Positions 1 to 13,560 of a stretch of DNA of 64,000 nucleotides are shown one piece after another. The position numbers and the translations under genes are program-made. Under the pieces are notes generated by a model that saw nothing but the letters and a program-made list of their open reading frames with translations, was not told where the DNA came from and ran no database searches. Source of the DNA: Chrysemys picta bellii (Eukaryota). Position 1 is the stretch's first letter. Each line of letters begins with the position of its first letter. The stretch lies in NCBI RefSeq assembly GCF_011386835.1, contig NC_088800.1:8494001-8558000 (forward strand). The letters run 5' to 3'.

Positions 1-3000
1 AGAGGCGACATCCCAACTGGTATAACCAGCTCCTGTGCCACACTGCCTTCTGCCACTGGTGTAGGGGGCTTGGCTGGATCACTACTGTGTTCTAGCAATT
101 CTAAACTGGTAAAGTGTCTCATGGAGATCAATGCATGCTAGCATAGGTCAGAGCAGCCTCTAGGCTGCTCTAACCTATACTGGAGCAGGAGTTGTGCAAA
201 GCAGATAATCAGGGAACCTAGTACCATCTTCCTGAGGGCTTCTCCCCTTCTCCTGGGCCAAGTGGATGTTGGCCCAGAAAATAATCAAATCCTGTAATAG
301 CTACTTTACAAAACTGCTATGAAAATGTACCATCTAAGGGAAAAAATGTACTCACCTGCTTTTATCACAGTGATGGTGATAATGTAAAAGCTTTTTTTTA
401 AAAAAGCTAGTTCAGCAAAAAAGCAAAAAAAAAAATCTCAAATCACAACATTCATCTCCTATGGCATAAGGAAATATTTGCAAGACATATCTAAAGCTCT
501 AAAAGCATCGCTGGCAGTCTATAACGGATCAAACTCCTTTTCCACCATAATTCAGTTTCATTCTTATATTCACGTGGTATATAACTGATGACTTCGAGCC
601 TAAAAACTAAATTATTCTTTTTATATATAGCAAGAATGTGTCATGCAGTTGGATACAGTTTTTATATGCTGATTGAGAGGAACACTGTACAGTTTTAATC
701 AACAATTCAATTATTGGCTTTTTTTTTTTTGCCAGGATATAATGCTTAGATAGTTCTCGCTGCTCATTCACACATAGGAAGTTATTTTCAGTTCATCATT
801 ATCACTTATGCTTTCCTTTCAGGTTTTAAAAGAGAAAGCTGCAAACACTTCTCTGCTCTTAATCACTTTGCAATACAGTTTCCTTAATATAATTTCTGAT
901 CTCTTGTGAATGACACAAAATGTCAGGAAGAAAAAAGTTACTTTGCATTGCCACAAGAGATTAACTAACAATTTACTTAAGCGGCATCTTTCTGGCGACG
1001 TACAAAACAGATTTATACATTGACACCTGTCTGAAATGACAGTCAGTTTCTATTTATAGTTCAATTTCTCATGAGATCTTTTCTAGGACTACACAGTCTA
1101 GTGTGACTATTTGGAGCTGCTCTGTAATAATTTATGAATACTGTATGTGCTGCTTGCCTGATTGCTGGAAAGCTATTTACTGTATGCATATACTGAATTA
1201 ATTCAGTAAGCGTCTGTCTACATGCAGACAAGGAGCAGGCCAATAGCCCAGACAACAGCAAACACCAAGGGCTACTGAATTTAGTTGCTACTCCCGATCC
1301 CTGCTGAGTCCCCCAACCATTTTCACCAGGCTCAAAAAATTCAAGAGAAAAGGATTTAGGCCTGGAGTTGAACACACTCAGAGAGAGTGAGAATGAAGGA
1401 GAACCCATAAATTAGACTTACTGGGGTCCCTCCTCATGAAGATAGTTAGACAGACATGCACGTAGACTTTTTATTGTTTTAAACCCCTTTTCTATTAGGC
1501 TTTGTTCCTGCTGTTAAGGGGCACAGTATTCAGTGCTAGTCACAGCTTCTGCAGGTACCTGAACCCAGTCAGACCTGTTGGGGTTAACACCGTGTTACTG
1601 TGGGCATCCTGTTGCCCAGGATCTACTCTAAAAGTGGGAGAGCCATGGGACTCCACCCTAGTGAGTTAAAGACACAAGGCCTCATACCTAAGGGGGTGCA
1701 CTCAGAGAGGCCAGAAACGAGGTCCGAGCAGCAGCCCTGTAACTATGATTTGTAGATCAAGTGGGCTACGGATTTTGACTCTAGAGCCCGCACTAACGGT
1801 CTGTCAGTTAAGGACTTGTCCCTTCAGGGTGCAACAGCTGATACACTGTATATGCCTTGGAAGATGTAAATCATACAAGCACTGCACAATCTGTCTCTCT
1901 TAAATCCAGGCCTGAGTATCTCTTATACAGTAAAAGTACACCCAAACGTTGTCATCTATAAACACGACCATATTCAGAAAACGCTTAGAAGTAGTACTTT
2001 TCTGATTGTAAATTCTAGAGACATTCTGTATTGGATTTATAGCTGTATGTGATTAATACCCAACCGGTGGTGAAAGGGTATGCTTGTCTGTGCAGGTACT
2101 TATACCATACCCTTCAATAGGGTATTAGATTGCTATTTGCAGACAGATAAAGGAAAAGGTGGCTGGATTTTATTATTGTGGGTCCTATATTGGACAAAAC
2201 GAGATACAGATTTAAACATGTAATAGCTATCTTCCACGATACTATTGTTACATTAATGTTCTGTGAAATGTGGAGGTATTCCATGTTGTAGCTTTAAAAA
2301 TCTCATCTTCTGAGGCAGAGTGAAATTTCAGCTACCATTGCTGCCAAAGTTCCAACTGTATGAGTCTGGACATATTCTCAAGGTATAATACTGCTCAACA
2401 AAAGCAACAAGAAATCCAAGTTAGCTAACTAGAAATAGCTCTTTTGCACACAGGTTGATCTCTAAGCTCTTTCTGCACAGGAAGTTAGACTTGATCTGCA
2501 GCCATGATCTTAGGGGCTGAATTGTGAAGACACCAATTTGTAAGGATTGTTCAGCTACATAAACTGTGGAACACACTGTGAATATGACCCTCCTTCCCTT
2601 TGTCTCTTCAGAGAAAGAAATAGGTTTAACTCCATGCTGTATCTAAAAGGTAAGGAGGAGAGCCATCACCATCTGTCCCATCCATGTCACCAAAGGACAT
2701 TACAATCTCTTCAGACCTCTGAAACTTCTTTCTCAACAACTTTCTCCTTCACACCCAGAAGCATCACTAAATGCCACGAGATACAAATCTGAAAGCAGCA
2801 TCTGGATTCTAGAAAAATGTGCACTGACAATCTCCAAGTACTTCCTGATTTAAAAGGATTCACATTTGTATTAATCTTTTGTTAGATTTCCAGTCCGTTG
2901 CACTGGAATTGATGCAATTCGTACATGCTCAAAGGTGCTGGTAGGTAAAGAATAACGTGCTACATGAGTCAAGAGCTCCAAATGTCTCACACAGTAGAAA

Positions 3001-3024
3001 TCTTAAACACGGTATGCCCTACAT

Positions 3025-3363
3025 CAGTGTTTCCCAAACTTGGGACGCCGCTTGTGTAGGGAAAGCTCCTGGTGGGGCGGGACGGTTTGTTTACCTACCG
3101 CGTCTGCAGGTTCGGCCGATCGCAGCTCCCAGTGGCTGCGGTTCGCTGCTTCAGGCCAATGGGAGCTGCTGGAAGCGGCACGGGCTGAGGGATGTACTGG
3201 CCACCACTTCCAGCATCTCCCACTGGCCTGGAGCAGCGATCCGCGGCCAGTGGGAGCTGCAATCAGCCGAACCTGCGGATGCGGCAGGTAAACAAAACGG
3301 CCTGGCCTGCCCCCACCAGGTGCTTTTCCTACACAAGCGGCATCCCAAGTTTGGGAAACGCTG
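3025..3363. mobile_element. hAT MITE (CAGTGTTTCCCAAACTTGGG termini)
   Basis: TIRs and a perfect 8-bp TSD CCCTACAT at 3017-3024 and 3364-3371. Palindromic core. Confidence 0.9.
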
Positions 3364-5059
3364 CCCTACATTATTGTAGTGAAAGCCTAGTGTTGGTTGG
3401 GGAGTTACCAGAGATGCAGGCATACCGACCAACCAAGAGGACACTACGTGAAAGGATCTAAATGCCGCTGATGTGCTTGGAGTGGCGGGGGAGGATACAC
3501 CACCTCTCAAGATTTTAAGCTGTAGCCTTCTGAGGGGGCATTTCTGCATAGCCCGGACATTGGACCTGGGGTTTTAAGGTCTCAGAAACAGGGCCCTTCT
3601 GTTGGCTTACAAAGCAGCATATCCCTAGTTGGATTACATCTTTTAACATCTTTAAAAAGGACATAACCCTAGCCCTGCTGTATAAAAGGAAGTTTGCTCA
3701 GGCTGCGAATCACTTCAATGGCAACTCTCAACATGCAGAGCCAGGGAGACTGTTGTGATGAGATCCTTTTATGAGGTACAGGAGAAGGCAGTTTGATAGC
3801 CGAACAAACTAAACAGCTATTTGTGCATTTCTTTTCCCTTAATTGCCAGTTTTTCATCACAATGACTCTGCAAAGCACCTCATTAGCACTGAAATCTGTC
3901 TGCCTGGATAAGAATGTCAATTTCTGGAGAATTTTTCACACACTGATAAAGCCAGAGTCCTCTTACAAGAGTAAAGAGAATCTCTTCTTTTTGACAGCTT
4001 TATTCCTCTTATCCATTGAATTCAATCTCCAGTCAGCAAGATATATTTGCACTCAATAAAACTCAAAGAAGTTAGACCTCTAACAAGCTGGGACTGGAAT
4101 AAAAGTAAATGTTTGAGATGGGTGTGCTGCTCTGCGTCCATGGATCCCCAGAGGGATTTCTTTAACATCAGAGTCTGGGATGAAAACTTGTAGGAAAATA
4201 AACTGAAATTGCAAAGAAACAATATTTATGATAATGCATAGTAACATCTTATGCTTCAGTCATAAGGTGACTGATGACAAGGATCAGGAAAGAACTCTGT
4301 TCCCTCCACCATGTATATAACTGCACATTTAGGTAGGTGCACTGTCATTTTATTTACCGTGCCTAAATAGTCAGATATCTGCTACTGCTAAAGGCAGGAA
4401 GCCTGGTTTTATAAACCAATGGTCTGATTTGATATGGAAAAGCTATGCTGATACAGAGAATGTTCGTACAATGAAGGAAGTTTTACTATAGAACATGAGG
4501 TTCCTTTAAAGCTTAGGTCTTTTTGTAGCAATTGTCACAGAGGGCAAGAATAGAATTGCTGTGTTTGTGAGATGTGTTTGCTCTGTTCAAGCGTGGCTCT
4601 GTACCAAGCGTGGCTACTCTAACTGAGCTTCTGAGGAACTGATAGCTTGAGATACCATCCTCATGCAACATCCACATCCAGCAAGATTATACCAGTTTAA
4701 GGTTTAAGAACAAAATTTTCCAGTTAGAAATAAGTTACGGATGGTACAAGTACCACATCTATCAATAACCATCTTTTTCTTCCCCTCAGAAATATTATAT
4801 CCATTTCACATTAAACACTTACATATCCCACACAAGAAAACTAAGGTGAAGTTCAGGTTGTAGGCACATGATATTGGTTTGAATGCATACTACTTTTCAA
4901 ACACAGGTACATTAAAAACATTACAAAACCAGAAAATTCAGAGTTAAGATTATATTACCACAACAAGCCACAGAACACAAGAGACGTATCAAACAAAGCA
5001 GTGCTAATTATTTATCATACTCATTTGACTGTATGTTTCATCCCCATCCTCTATTCTTT

Positions 5060-5175
5060 GTCTATATCTTCTAACTGTTAAGGCCTTCAGGGTAGGGATT
5101 GTCTCTCTCTGTTTGTACAGTGCTTAAAACCTTTAAGGCACTGCCATAATATAAATATGTACTACTACTACTAAC
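5060..5175 (+). mobile_element. L2/SINE-like 3' tail; an inverse copy lies at ~16640-16740
   Basis: GGGATTGTCT...TGTTTGTACAGTGCTTA followed by a short (ACT)n tail. Confidence 0.4.
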
Positions 5176-5873
5176 AAAAACAGAGTCACTTTCAAGTTAC
5201 AACTCCTGAGTGAGCCAAAACAGACTAAGCACTTCAAAGCAGGGATTGTTTTGTTGTGTCATCTGTATGAACCCTGAGCATCAACTATATTAACAGAAAA
5301 AGGCTGTGGAAAAAAAGACAACAGTTGCATTTATATAGACAGAAGCGGGATACTAATACAACTCAAGGACTGTGCTGAAGTTGTAATTTGCAAACAAGGG
5401 GATTTAAAAAACAAAAAAAGGATGGCCAAAACTGTGTCAAAATTTAGCCTTAGTTGGAAGAGTAATAATGAAGGAATGACCTATTCCAACCGTGACACCT
5501 TGTGGGACTCATTTAAAACAGGGATTTGGGGAACATGGACTCCTGAGGGTTTCCTTGGGAAAGGCTGAAAGGCCTTTGCTTTGCTCCAGAAGTTCCATCC
5601 TTTATTGGTAAACCTCAAGGGAACTCAGAGATCTCCAGACCTCAAACCACTAGTAAGGACACTGGATCATCTATGTATGTTTCCGTATCAGTAACACTTC
5701 TCACAAGCTAAAGGCTAATTTTCAGCTAATAAGAAAGAGTCCTCACCTAAAGTAAATATTCAAGTAAGATAAAGGGTCTAAAACATGTAAACCTTCTGAG
5801 ATTCCGAATCATGAAAGCCTTAGCTGCACCTATCAGGTAAATGGTAAGTTAAAAAGAAAAAAATGACACTTAC

Positions 5874-6000
5874 CAGTGTTGTAGGCGGTAGGCATGGCTG
5901 AGTACACCAGTCCCTGAGGAGGCAAGCTTGGAGTTGTCACAGACACCACAGGGGTAGCAAGAGGCTGGGTAGACTGAGAACTGCTTATCCTTTGGGTATT
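5874..6000 (-). CDS. MEF2A: MEF2A exon (127 nt, NTQRISSSQSTQPLATPVVSVTTPSLPPQGLVYSAMPTAYNT-)
   Basis: Lies within ORF 5833..6018. Acceptor tttacag, donor gtaagt. Near-identical to recalled MEF2A. Confidence 0.97.
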
Positions 6001-8030
6001 CTGTAAATGATTAAACACAAAAAAACATGTCTTGTGGAAGTCAATTACAACAACGAATAGAATGTGTTAATGTAAAAGTAACATTCAATTACAACGTGTC
6101 CCTTTTCACATTATTTTGGGGATGAGAACAGTATCTCCTTTTTTCATGGTTGTGGATTTTCTTCTACAAAACATTTAAAGGGCCAAACCCTAATTTTGTT
6201 TTAGACTAATTTAAAGGAGCATAATTAATGCATTAGACTTGCGGGTATATTCTCTTGTTGTGCATGCAGCTTTCATTAATGTCAATCTGAACAATGTGGT
6301 AACACTTAGAGGAAAATGCACTCCTTTAGAGTGTACAATTTTCAAAAGCCCCTGTCCGGAGTGATCTAGGAGGATAAGTCCCATTTTCAAAAGAGTCTTA
6401 CACTTAGTCCCATTGACTTTTGGTTGACTACTAAGTGCCTAAGCCACATCTGAAAATGGGACTTTCAGGCGCTTTTGAAAATTTACCGTAGGGCTCCCAC
6501 TGTTGCTTGCACAGGTGTGGTTGCACCGGTCCTAAAAGCAACAGTGGGAGAGTTCCCTTAAATCTTCAATGTTGCCAAGACCTTAATGGTAGAATAATAT
6601 TGTGGTTTCCCTGGTTTTGGGAACTGAAAGTTTACTCATTAGATCGCACATATATTTCAAAACACATGCCTTTCGTGTTAACAAAAAACGGTTGTGCCTT
6701 CTGATATGAAAATTAGTTAAGCTCAAAACTGTAGAAGCTCTGACTATCCTGCCATTTGTGAGTGAATAACTCCTATGGCCATCTTAATAATACTCTATAT
6801 GCCAGTCTTGAGCTAAAATTGGTGACGAACATCTAATTTGGATTAAGCAGTTAAAAACTATTTGCCATACTAAACATTTGATACAAAAGGCTTTACTTAA
6901 ACATTCTGATGGATGCCTTTTAGAAAACAAGGCCACTCCATCACTGGCATGCCATATTCTTTACCAAGGAAGCCTTAATTTTTTTTTAATTGCCAAGTCA
7001 ACACAGATTGGATGTGACAAGAACAGGCCATGTTGTTGTTTCTCTTTTTAAAGAAGATTTATTCCTAACTTTTCCTAAGGAATTTTAACACCCTTCTCCT
7101 TGCCATCATGTACTCAATTTTAAATGGAATATGTAAGATTAACAGACCTAAGTTTTAGCTTTTTTAAAGAAAAATAAGTAATACTCCCAGACTTAAAAAT
7201 TATATATATTTATTTGATCCCAGAACAGCAGCTTCACAACTTCTTAGCTGAAGCAACTGCCAACAACAAAACTACCACCCCTTCTTTGTTTTCTTCTGAT
7301 CAAGGGTGGCATATGGGTATTTCACTATCCCTGATTCTCTGATTTTCTTCTCCGCTCTGTTCTTGAGAGAACACATATTATAGAAATATACATGATTCTT
7401 GTTCTCACGAGAATGAAACACAGAGGCAGTGCTGTGTTTATGCAACTCTGCAGATCAAAACCAAGAGGACTGATTTGAGGGCTACCAACCTGGTAATTGT
7501 AGCTTGACAGCTTAAAAAGAGTCCAAGACATGCTATAGCTACCATTTAAAAATGTACTATATTCTTCTACTAGCCATTCTTATTACTTTAAACACAGGGA
7601 AAGCTTACAGTCCAAGGGCGTTATGTTAATGCTTCAGAATTTACAGTATCTGATCAAACTCTGGGGTTCTTGTGTGATGTTAAAAAGATAAAGAAAAGGT
7701 GGCATTCAAAGATGAAATTATACCATTAGTAGTGATGATGGAGACTGAATGTATAGGTTATATAATAGTGGATACTCAATGTATGAAATCATTGCTGGCA
7801 TAGCATTTTGCCAGCCCAGTAAGAAGGATCAAACTTGTCTCCTGTTCCAAAAACCTTTTCTTCCTCCATTGATTGTAGGAACAACTTTGTTCAAATATGT
7901 TTAATTCATGTGCGAGGAATGCCTATTTTGTCTGAATCTTAGAGAGAGCTTGACTAAGAGTCTAGTAACTACTACTCGAGGGATTATGTTGGTGTCTGTG
8001 TTAAGCAGGGACATACTGTAGGTTCAGGAT

Positions 8031-8127
8031 GGAATTTTCAAAAGCACTTAAGTGACTTAAGGGCAAAACCCATTTATTTTCACTGAGATTTGTGTTTGTA
8101 AGTCACTTAAGTGCTTTTGAAAATCCC
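8031..8127. repeat. Short AT-rich hairpin element
   Basis: 29-bp arms with 28/29 identity (8031-8059 vs 8099-8127). Related elements at ~6340-6485, ~19800-19900 and ~39930-40230. Confidence 0.7.
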
Positions 8128-10075
8128 ACTCTGTTACAGTAAGAAACTGGGTTTTACCTTTTATGAAGATATGTTATTAGACCAGATTTGTGTGTCTGTA
8201 GAAAATAGACCTTTTCCCAGAGGTTTCTTGGATAACAACCTGTAAAGTTGGGACTACTACATAATGGAAAAGTTAGAGACATCTACTAGAAAACTATCCA
8301 GGTTCCAGGGATATCCCCAGGGAAGTTTTGGGGGGTATTTGGGGCTATTTTCAGAGCAATTTATACCTGGGTATTTGATTTGGGTGTGTGATTTGGAAAT
8401 ATAAGATTGCTGACAAATTTTACTTTTTGTCTGAGTTATGGATTCCAAGCTTTACAGACAGACACTCATAAAATTTTTCAGAACCTTATTTTTGGATGGG
8501 GATAATTTGTTAGAGATAATGAAAGGAGAGTGTTATAGTTATATTAGTCTATAAACTAGGGTCTCTAGCCCTTCTGCCTTCCATCTAGTAAATGTGTTCA
8601 ATTCTGGTAATGTAGAATTTCATGTTTGCTGCTAGGATATGGAACTGTATTTCAGAACACATTATAATCCATATAATGAATAAAGTAGCATTCCCAGGGT
8701 CCTTTATTTGCTAATTTAAAGTGTCTTGTTTGAGGAAGATTTTGCTTTTTCCAGTTGGTTGAGTAGGATTATATAGGCATGTCGAATTTTTATAACCACT
8801 AGAGGGCAAGCACTTCCTACATTATTCATATTCCAGAATACTACATCTAGATTCCAAACAATTTATATTAGAAGAACATGGCAATTCTAACAGTTAAAGA
8901 ACATAAACACATCTATAATGAAAGTGAGTAAGACTTACAATCATATATATAAAAAATGACCTGATTAACTATTTTATGGATTAAATTTAATCCCATATTT
9001 CTTTGTATTGAAAAACAGATGCTTTCCTACAACATTGAGAAAAAAATGTAACAAATGAAATAGCTGTTAATTAAAACATTTACACTCCTCCTGTAACCAC
9101 CAAAATTTTTGGATAGCTTCAAGTATTAATTTTCAAAAGTAATTTTTTCCAACTAACTCAAATTTAGGAAAACAATATAGGTAAAGTATCATCCAACAGC
9201 ATGCATTCACCAACTTAAAATATAAAGAAACTACTGCAATTTTCATGCTTTCATGCAATTAGAGCCTCATATTAGCAACAAGTCCATGTGCAAATAAATC
9301 AAAGCATAGGTGTATAAAGATCTTGAAGCTGATCTACAATTGTAATCTGATGCAGAAAATTCTGCAATTATTGTTGTGCTATAACACCTAAAACATTTGC
9401 ATATTGCTTGGAAAAATAATCTAGAACTCTCATGAGTCAAGTTATTTTTAGTCTTATACTTATTTTCCACAGTGAACACCAAAAGATATCATGTTTTCTG
9501 AAAAACAGCAATTTCCTTTCAAAAACAGAACATCTTTTCAGTTGAAAGGGGTAAAATAATTAGTTTGCAATTTCATATTCCTTGTGGTAAACAGGGAACC
9601 CTCCTTTGTGGTTTGATCATCTCGTAAAGCATGAAATATATCCAACTCTGTAAAAAGGTGACCTCACCAGCAATGATGTAATCTCCGTGAAAGGAGGAGA
9701 AACAACACACAGCGTGTGTTACAATTTGAGGAACTTCAGGAGTGAAGTAATTTTCTAAAAATATTTCAATAATTTTGGGGACTATAAAAGGCATTTAACA
9801 CTCGACCCCATCAGAACAAGTACCCTGTGAGCATGGACAGTTACTGAGTAAGGCTCTGTTCCAATGTTCCCTCTAAGAAAAACGGTTTCATAAAAACAAA
9901 TTTATAAATGGAGAATGCTAGACTTTGGCTGTATTTGCACTTTGCAATTTTTGTGGGTTTTTTTATTTGGATAAAACAAGTACATTTCTCTGCCACAAAG
10001 GGAACATTGGTATAACTGAGACCACGTAGTATGACTTAAGCTTTCTTCACTCATCAAGCAGGAACCCAAACTCAC

Positions 10076-10099
10076 CAACTCCAATTCATCCTCCTCCGA
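10076..10099 (-). CDS. MEF2A: MEF2A beta micro-exon (24 nt, SEEDELEL)
   Basis: Reverse complement reads tacag TCG GAG GAG GAT GAA TTG GAG TTG gtgagt. It sits between ...MMPPL and NTQRI..., where the acidic beta exon (SEEEELEL in human) is expected. Confidence 0.93.
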
Positions 10100-10566
10100 C
10101 TGTATTCAGCAAACAAGAGGGATAATACAGTTACTAAGAAAAGCATTGCTTTCAAAAATAAAATAAGTCATGTTTGTGCTTCAGGATTTATTTATTGGTT
10201 TGTTAATATTTTGAATTTATTGTGCTATTATGTAAACACTGTTACAAAGTACGTGATTATATACTTACTATACACACTTTGGGTCAATTAATAAAAAGAG
10301 TGTTTTGATGCAGGAATAAATACTGTGGCAAAAGTTATGTTCACAACTACAAAAAGTTGTTTACAGATGCTCTGAAAATTAGCATTGGCTGACCTAGCAA
10401 GAGCAAGGGCACAAGTATTCACAGACATCATATATGGACACAGGTGCACATCTGTTCTATTATGGTTGAACTGATCAGATGAAAGTCAACTGCATAAGCA
10501 CGTATTTTTAGTGCACCAATCACCATGACATCTAGGCATCTCTACTCTTTACTTCTCTCCCTTCTC

Positions 10567-10603
10567 CGAGAGAGAGAGAGAGAGAGAGAATGAATGAATG
10601 AAT
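10567..10603. repeat. (GA)n followed by (GAAT)n microsatellite
   Basis: Read directly from the sequence. Confidence 0.9.
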
Positions 10604-10970
10604 TTAAGGGGAGAACATTAAAATTGCTTTTTAAAATATTTCCCCCGTATTCATTTTTCAAAATAATTTAAAGCACAAGTTTCACATTAAGATTTAGCAA
10701 CATATTTCTTTATGAATGTGCTCTGTAATTTGTGCATTTTTAGAAAAACCTCAAACATTTTAATAAAGGTGTTAAACTTCTTTAATTAGGACTCTGGCTA
10801 CTTACATTGATTTTGCGTGATTTAGCTCTACCATCAATAGCAAAAGTAAACACTTGTGGAATCTTAAACATAAATAAGTAAATATGTATAAAGAATGCTT
10901 ATACTGTTTACATCCTATGCTCCTTTTGGCTACTTCCATATGGGGAGGATTCATAAACTGAATATATGTA

Positions 10971-11774
10971 CCGTATATACTCGTTCATTAGCACGTTCAT
11001 TTATAAGCCAACCCCAAAATGGATAGGTAAAAATAGCAAAAACTGAATGACCCTTTCATAAGCTGACCCTATATTTCAGGGGTTGGAAAACTTTGGCTCC
11101 CGGTCCGTCAGGTAGGCCACTGGCGGGTCAGGACGTTTTGTTTACCTGGGTCGTCTGCAGGCATGAAGCCCCTCAGCTCCCTGTGGCCGCGGTTCGCCGT
11201 TCCCAGACAATGGGAGCTGCGGGAAGTGGTGCTCCACAAGGAGCTGAGGGGCTCCATGCCTGCAGACGCTCCAGGTAAACAAAACTACAACGTATTAGAT
11301 CAGGGATCGGCAACTTTTGGCACGTGGCTCACCAGGGTAAGCACCCTGGCAGGCCGGGCCGGTTTGTTTACCTGCCGCGTCCGCAGGTACGGCCGATCGC
11401 GGCACCCACTGGCCGCGGTTCGCTGCTCCAGGCCAATGGGGGCTGCGGGAAGCAGCGCAGGCTGAGGGATGTGCTGGCTGCCGCTTCCCGCTGCTCCCAT
11501 TGGCCTGCAGCGGCGAACCGCAGCCAGTGGGTGCCACGATCGGCCGTACCTGCGGACGTGGCAGGTAAGCAAACCGGCCCGGCCTGCCAGGGTGCTTACC
11601 CTGGCGGGCTGTGTGCCAAAGGTTGCCGATACGTGTATTAGATATTCAATTCAATGATTCCATAGAGTTTAAAACCATCAAATTTTGGTGTAGACCCGTT
11701 TATAAGCCGACCCCCGCTCTTTGATGCGTCACTTTTTTACCAAAAATATTCGGCTTATGAACGAGTATATACGG
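10971..11774. mobile_element. Non-autonomous Tc2-like TcMar element with TA TSD
   Basis: TIRs CCGTATATACTCGTTCAT / ATGAACGAGTATATACGG, flanked by TA at 10969-10970 and 11775-11776. Contains a nested hAT MITE. Confidence 0.85.
11301..11635. mobile_element. hAT MITE (CAGGGATCGGCAAC termini) nested in the Tc2-like element
   Basis: 8-bp TSD TATTAGAT at 11293-11300 and 11636-11643. Palindromic GC-rich core. Confidence 0.88.
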
Positions 11775-12605
11775 TACTTAAATGATTATGAGTTTGCACA
11801 TAAAATATAGAGACTGATATCAATGACTTCAGCCACACAAGGTTGAAGTAGAAGCTGGATAAGACTTCCAGAGAGAGCCGTGCCAACCTCAATACCCTCT
11901 GCTATATCTAGAGGTAGGTTGAACAAACATTGCTGATGTGCTGAAAGGCATAGTGGCTTTGTGAGATGCACAAACGATGAGACCACCATTCATTCTTGTG
12001 TCCTCATTCAAGATTTTAACTCCAAATATGGGGAGTGAATGGCTATTGTACTAACACGGTAAACCAAATGAAGGTTCCTCCCACATAATCATTTTTTCTG
12101 AGCCACATGTCACAACTCACCAACACTGCAACCTGGGAGAACCGGACAGAACTCTACATTGAGTTCCCTCAACACAGCTCAGTAATCAGCAAAAGTTGCC
12201 ATTGCTGAGTGGTACAATAAACTCTTCCCTCAATCCCTAAAAACCAAACCACTAAAACCCTCAGTCCTAGCAACGGAGGCAGATTGCAATCAGGACAAGA
12301 AATCAAACCAAAGTCTCCAATATAGCAATGTAAATAACCCAATGTAGGTCAGCTCATTATTCTGTATTTATTAATCCAATGAAAGTAAGAATATCTTCTC
12401 CCTCTTTTTTGCGAATACTGTCCAAGATGGCAATCTGCACTTGAGTTGTGTTCTTTTATCAGTCAAGTCTCCTACTACAGGGGTGTTTCTAAGGTGCCAT
12501 CTCCATAATGCCTGAGATGCCATAGTTTCGCTTTCAGCAGCGCTCCTTTTGCACCCCTTGGGCATACTGTATATTGTATACTATAGAATGAATGGCCCAA
12601 CTTAC

Positions 12606-12796
12606 CAATGGAGGCATCATGCCCTTGCTGGAAGGCGGGATGACAACACGAAGGTCTGGTTTGCGATTGTTCATTCCAAGATTACCTCCTCCGGGTGGAG
12701 GCGGAGACTTTGTAGGCATAACTTTGCCTAATCCATTCCCACCACCAGTGGTTCCTAGCAGGCTTGGTGAAGCTCGAGAGTTAATAAATCCATTTC
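12606..12796 (-). CDS. MEF2A: MEF2A exon (191 nt, G-NGFINSRASPSLLG...KPDLRVVIPPSSKGMMPPL)
   Basis: Lies within ORF 12534..12908. Acceptor ctactttag, donor gtaagt. Contains the MEF2 KPDLRVVIPP MAPK-docking motif. Confidence 0.97.
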
Positions 12797-13523
12797 CTAA
12801 AGTAGGAAATATAAAGAAATGCACCTTAAGACTGAGCACAAGCAGTGTAAATCCATAGTGCAAATGTACAAACTCCACCTTATTTTTAGACAAAAGTTTC
12901 AGTTGCAAATATTTGACAAGAGTCTAACCCTTTTAGGAATAATTAAGCTACATCCTACATTGTAGAACGGAAAAAGCAAAGTATCTTTCACCAAAAGATC
13001 AATATGTAACGCTGGTGTCACCTCAGGGTGTGTTGTGGCAGCTTAAACGCTGAGGAGTGCACTCTGTCAGGAAAGTGTGTTAAAACCATCTGTTCATTAA
13101 TTTAGCCTTTGAAGTTCCTCTAGGCTGCTGTAGCAACAAAACAGTATCTAACAAATGGTCCTACACACACACACACCCCACCCACACACCCCACAGGCAG
13201 AACATGAATTACAGTGTGCTGTTGCTTATAAGGATTTTTAAAAAACAGCCTACAAACTCTTTTGAGATTCTTTCGTAAAAATAAACAAGTGTACCTTAAA
13301 CTGCATAAAAGACATTTTCAGTATCTCAATTAACAAGCCTTTAAATTGTAACTCTATGTTTTTCCAATTTGCCCGTCACCTTTGAAAATACATTATTTTA
13401 GCAGAGAACACTTTCTGGTAAGATGATATGAATCTGATAAGGTACTTTTATACAGCATTTCTCCAACAAGGAAGATGAGGAGAAACTTGAAACAAGTCTA
13501 TTTCCTTAACATCCACCTCAGCC

Positions 13524-13560
13524 TACACACACACACACACACACACTCTCTCTCTCTCTC
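13524..13560. repeat. (CA)n(CT)n compound microsatellite
   Basis: Read directly from the sequence. Confidence 0.9.

Noticed and set aside
1420-1900. Possible degenerate LTR
   Set aside because: No TG...CA termini or TSD could be located.
1-5873. Expected next MEF2A exon (DYSLTSADL...)
   Set aside because: Not found by eye; presumably downstream of position 1 on the minus strand.
8031-8127. Short spaced inverted repeats resembling CRISPR repeats or terminators
   Set aside because: This is a vertebrate intron with no repeat-spacer array; the sequence is a hairpin-type interspersed element.
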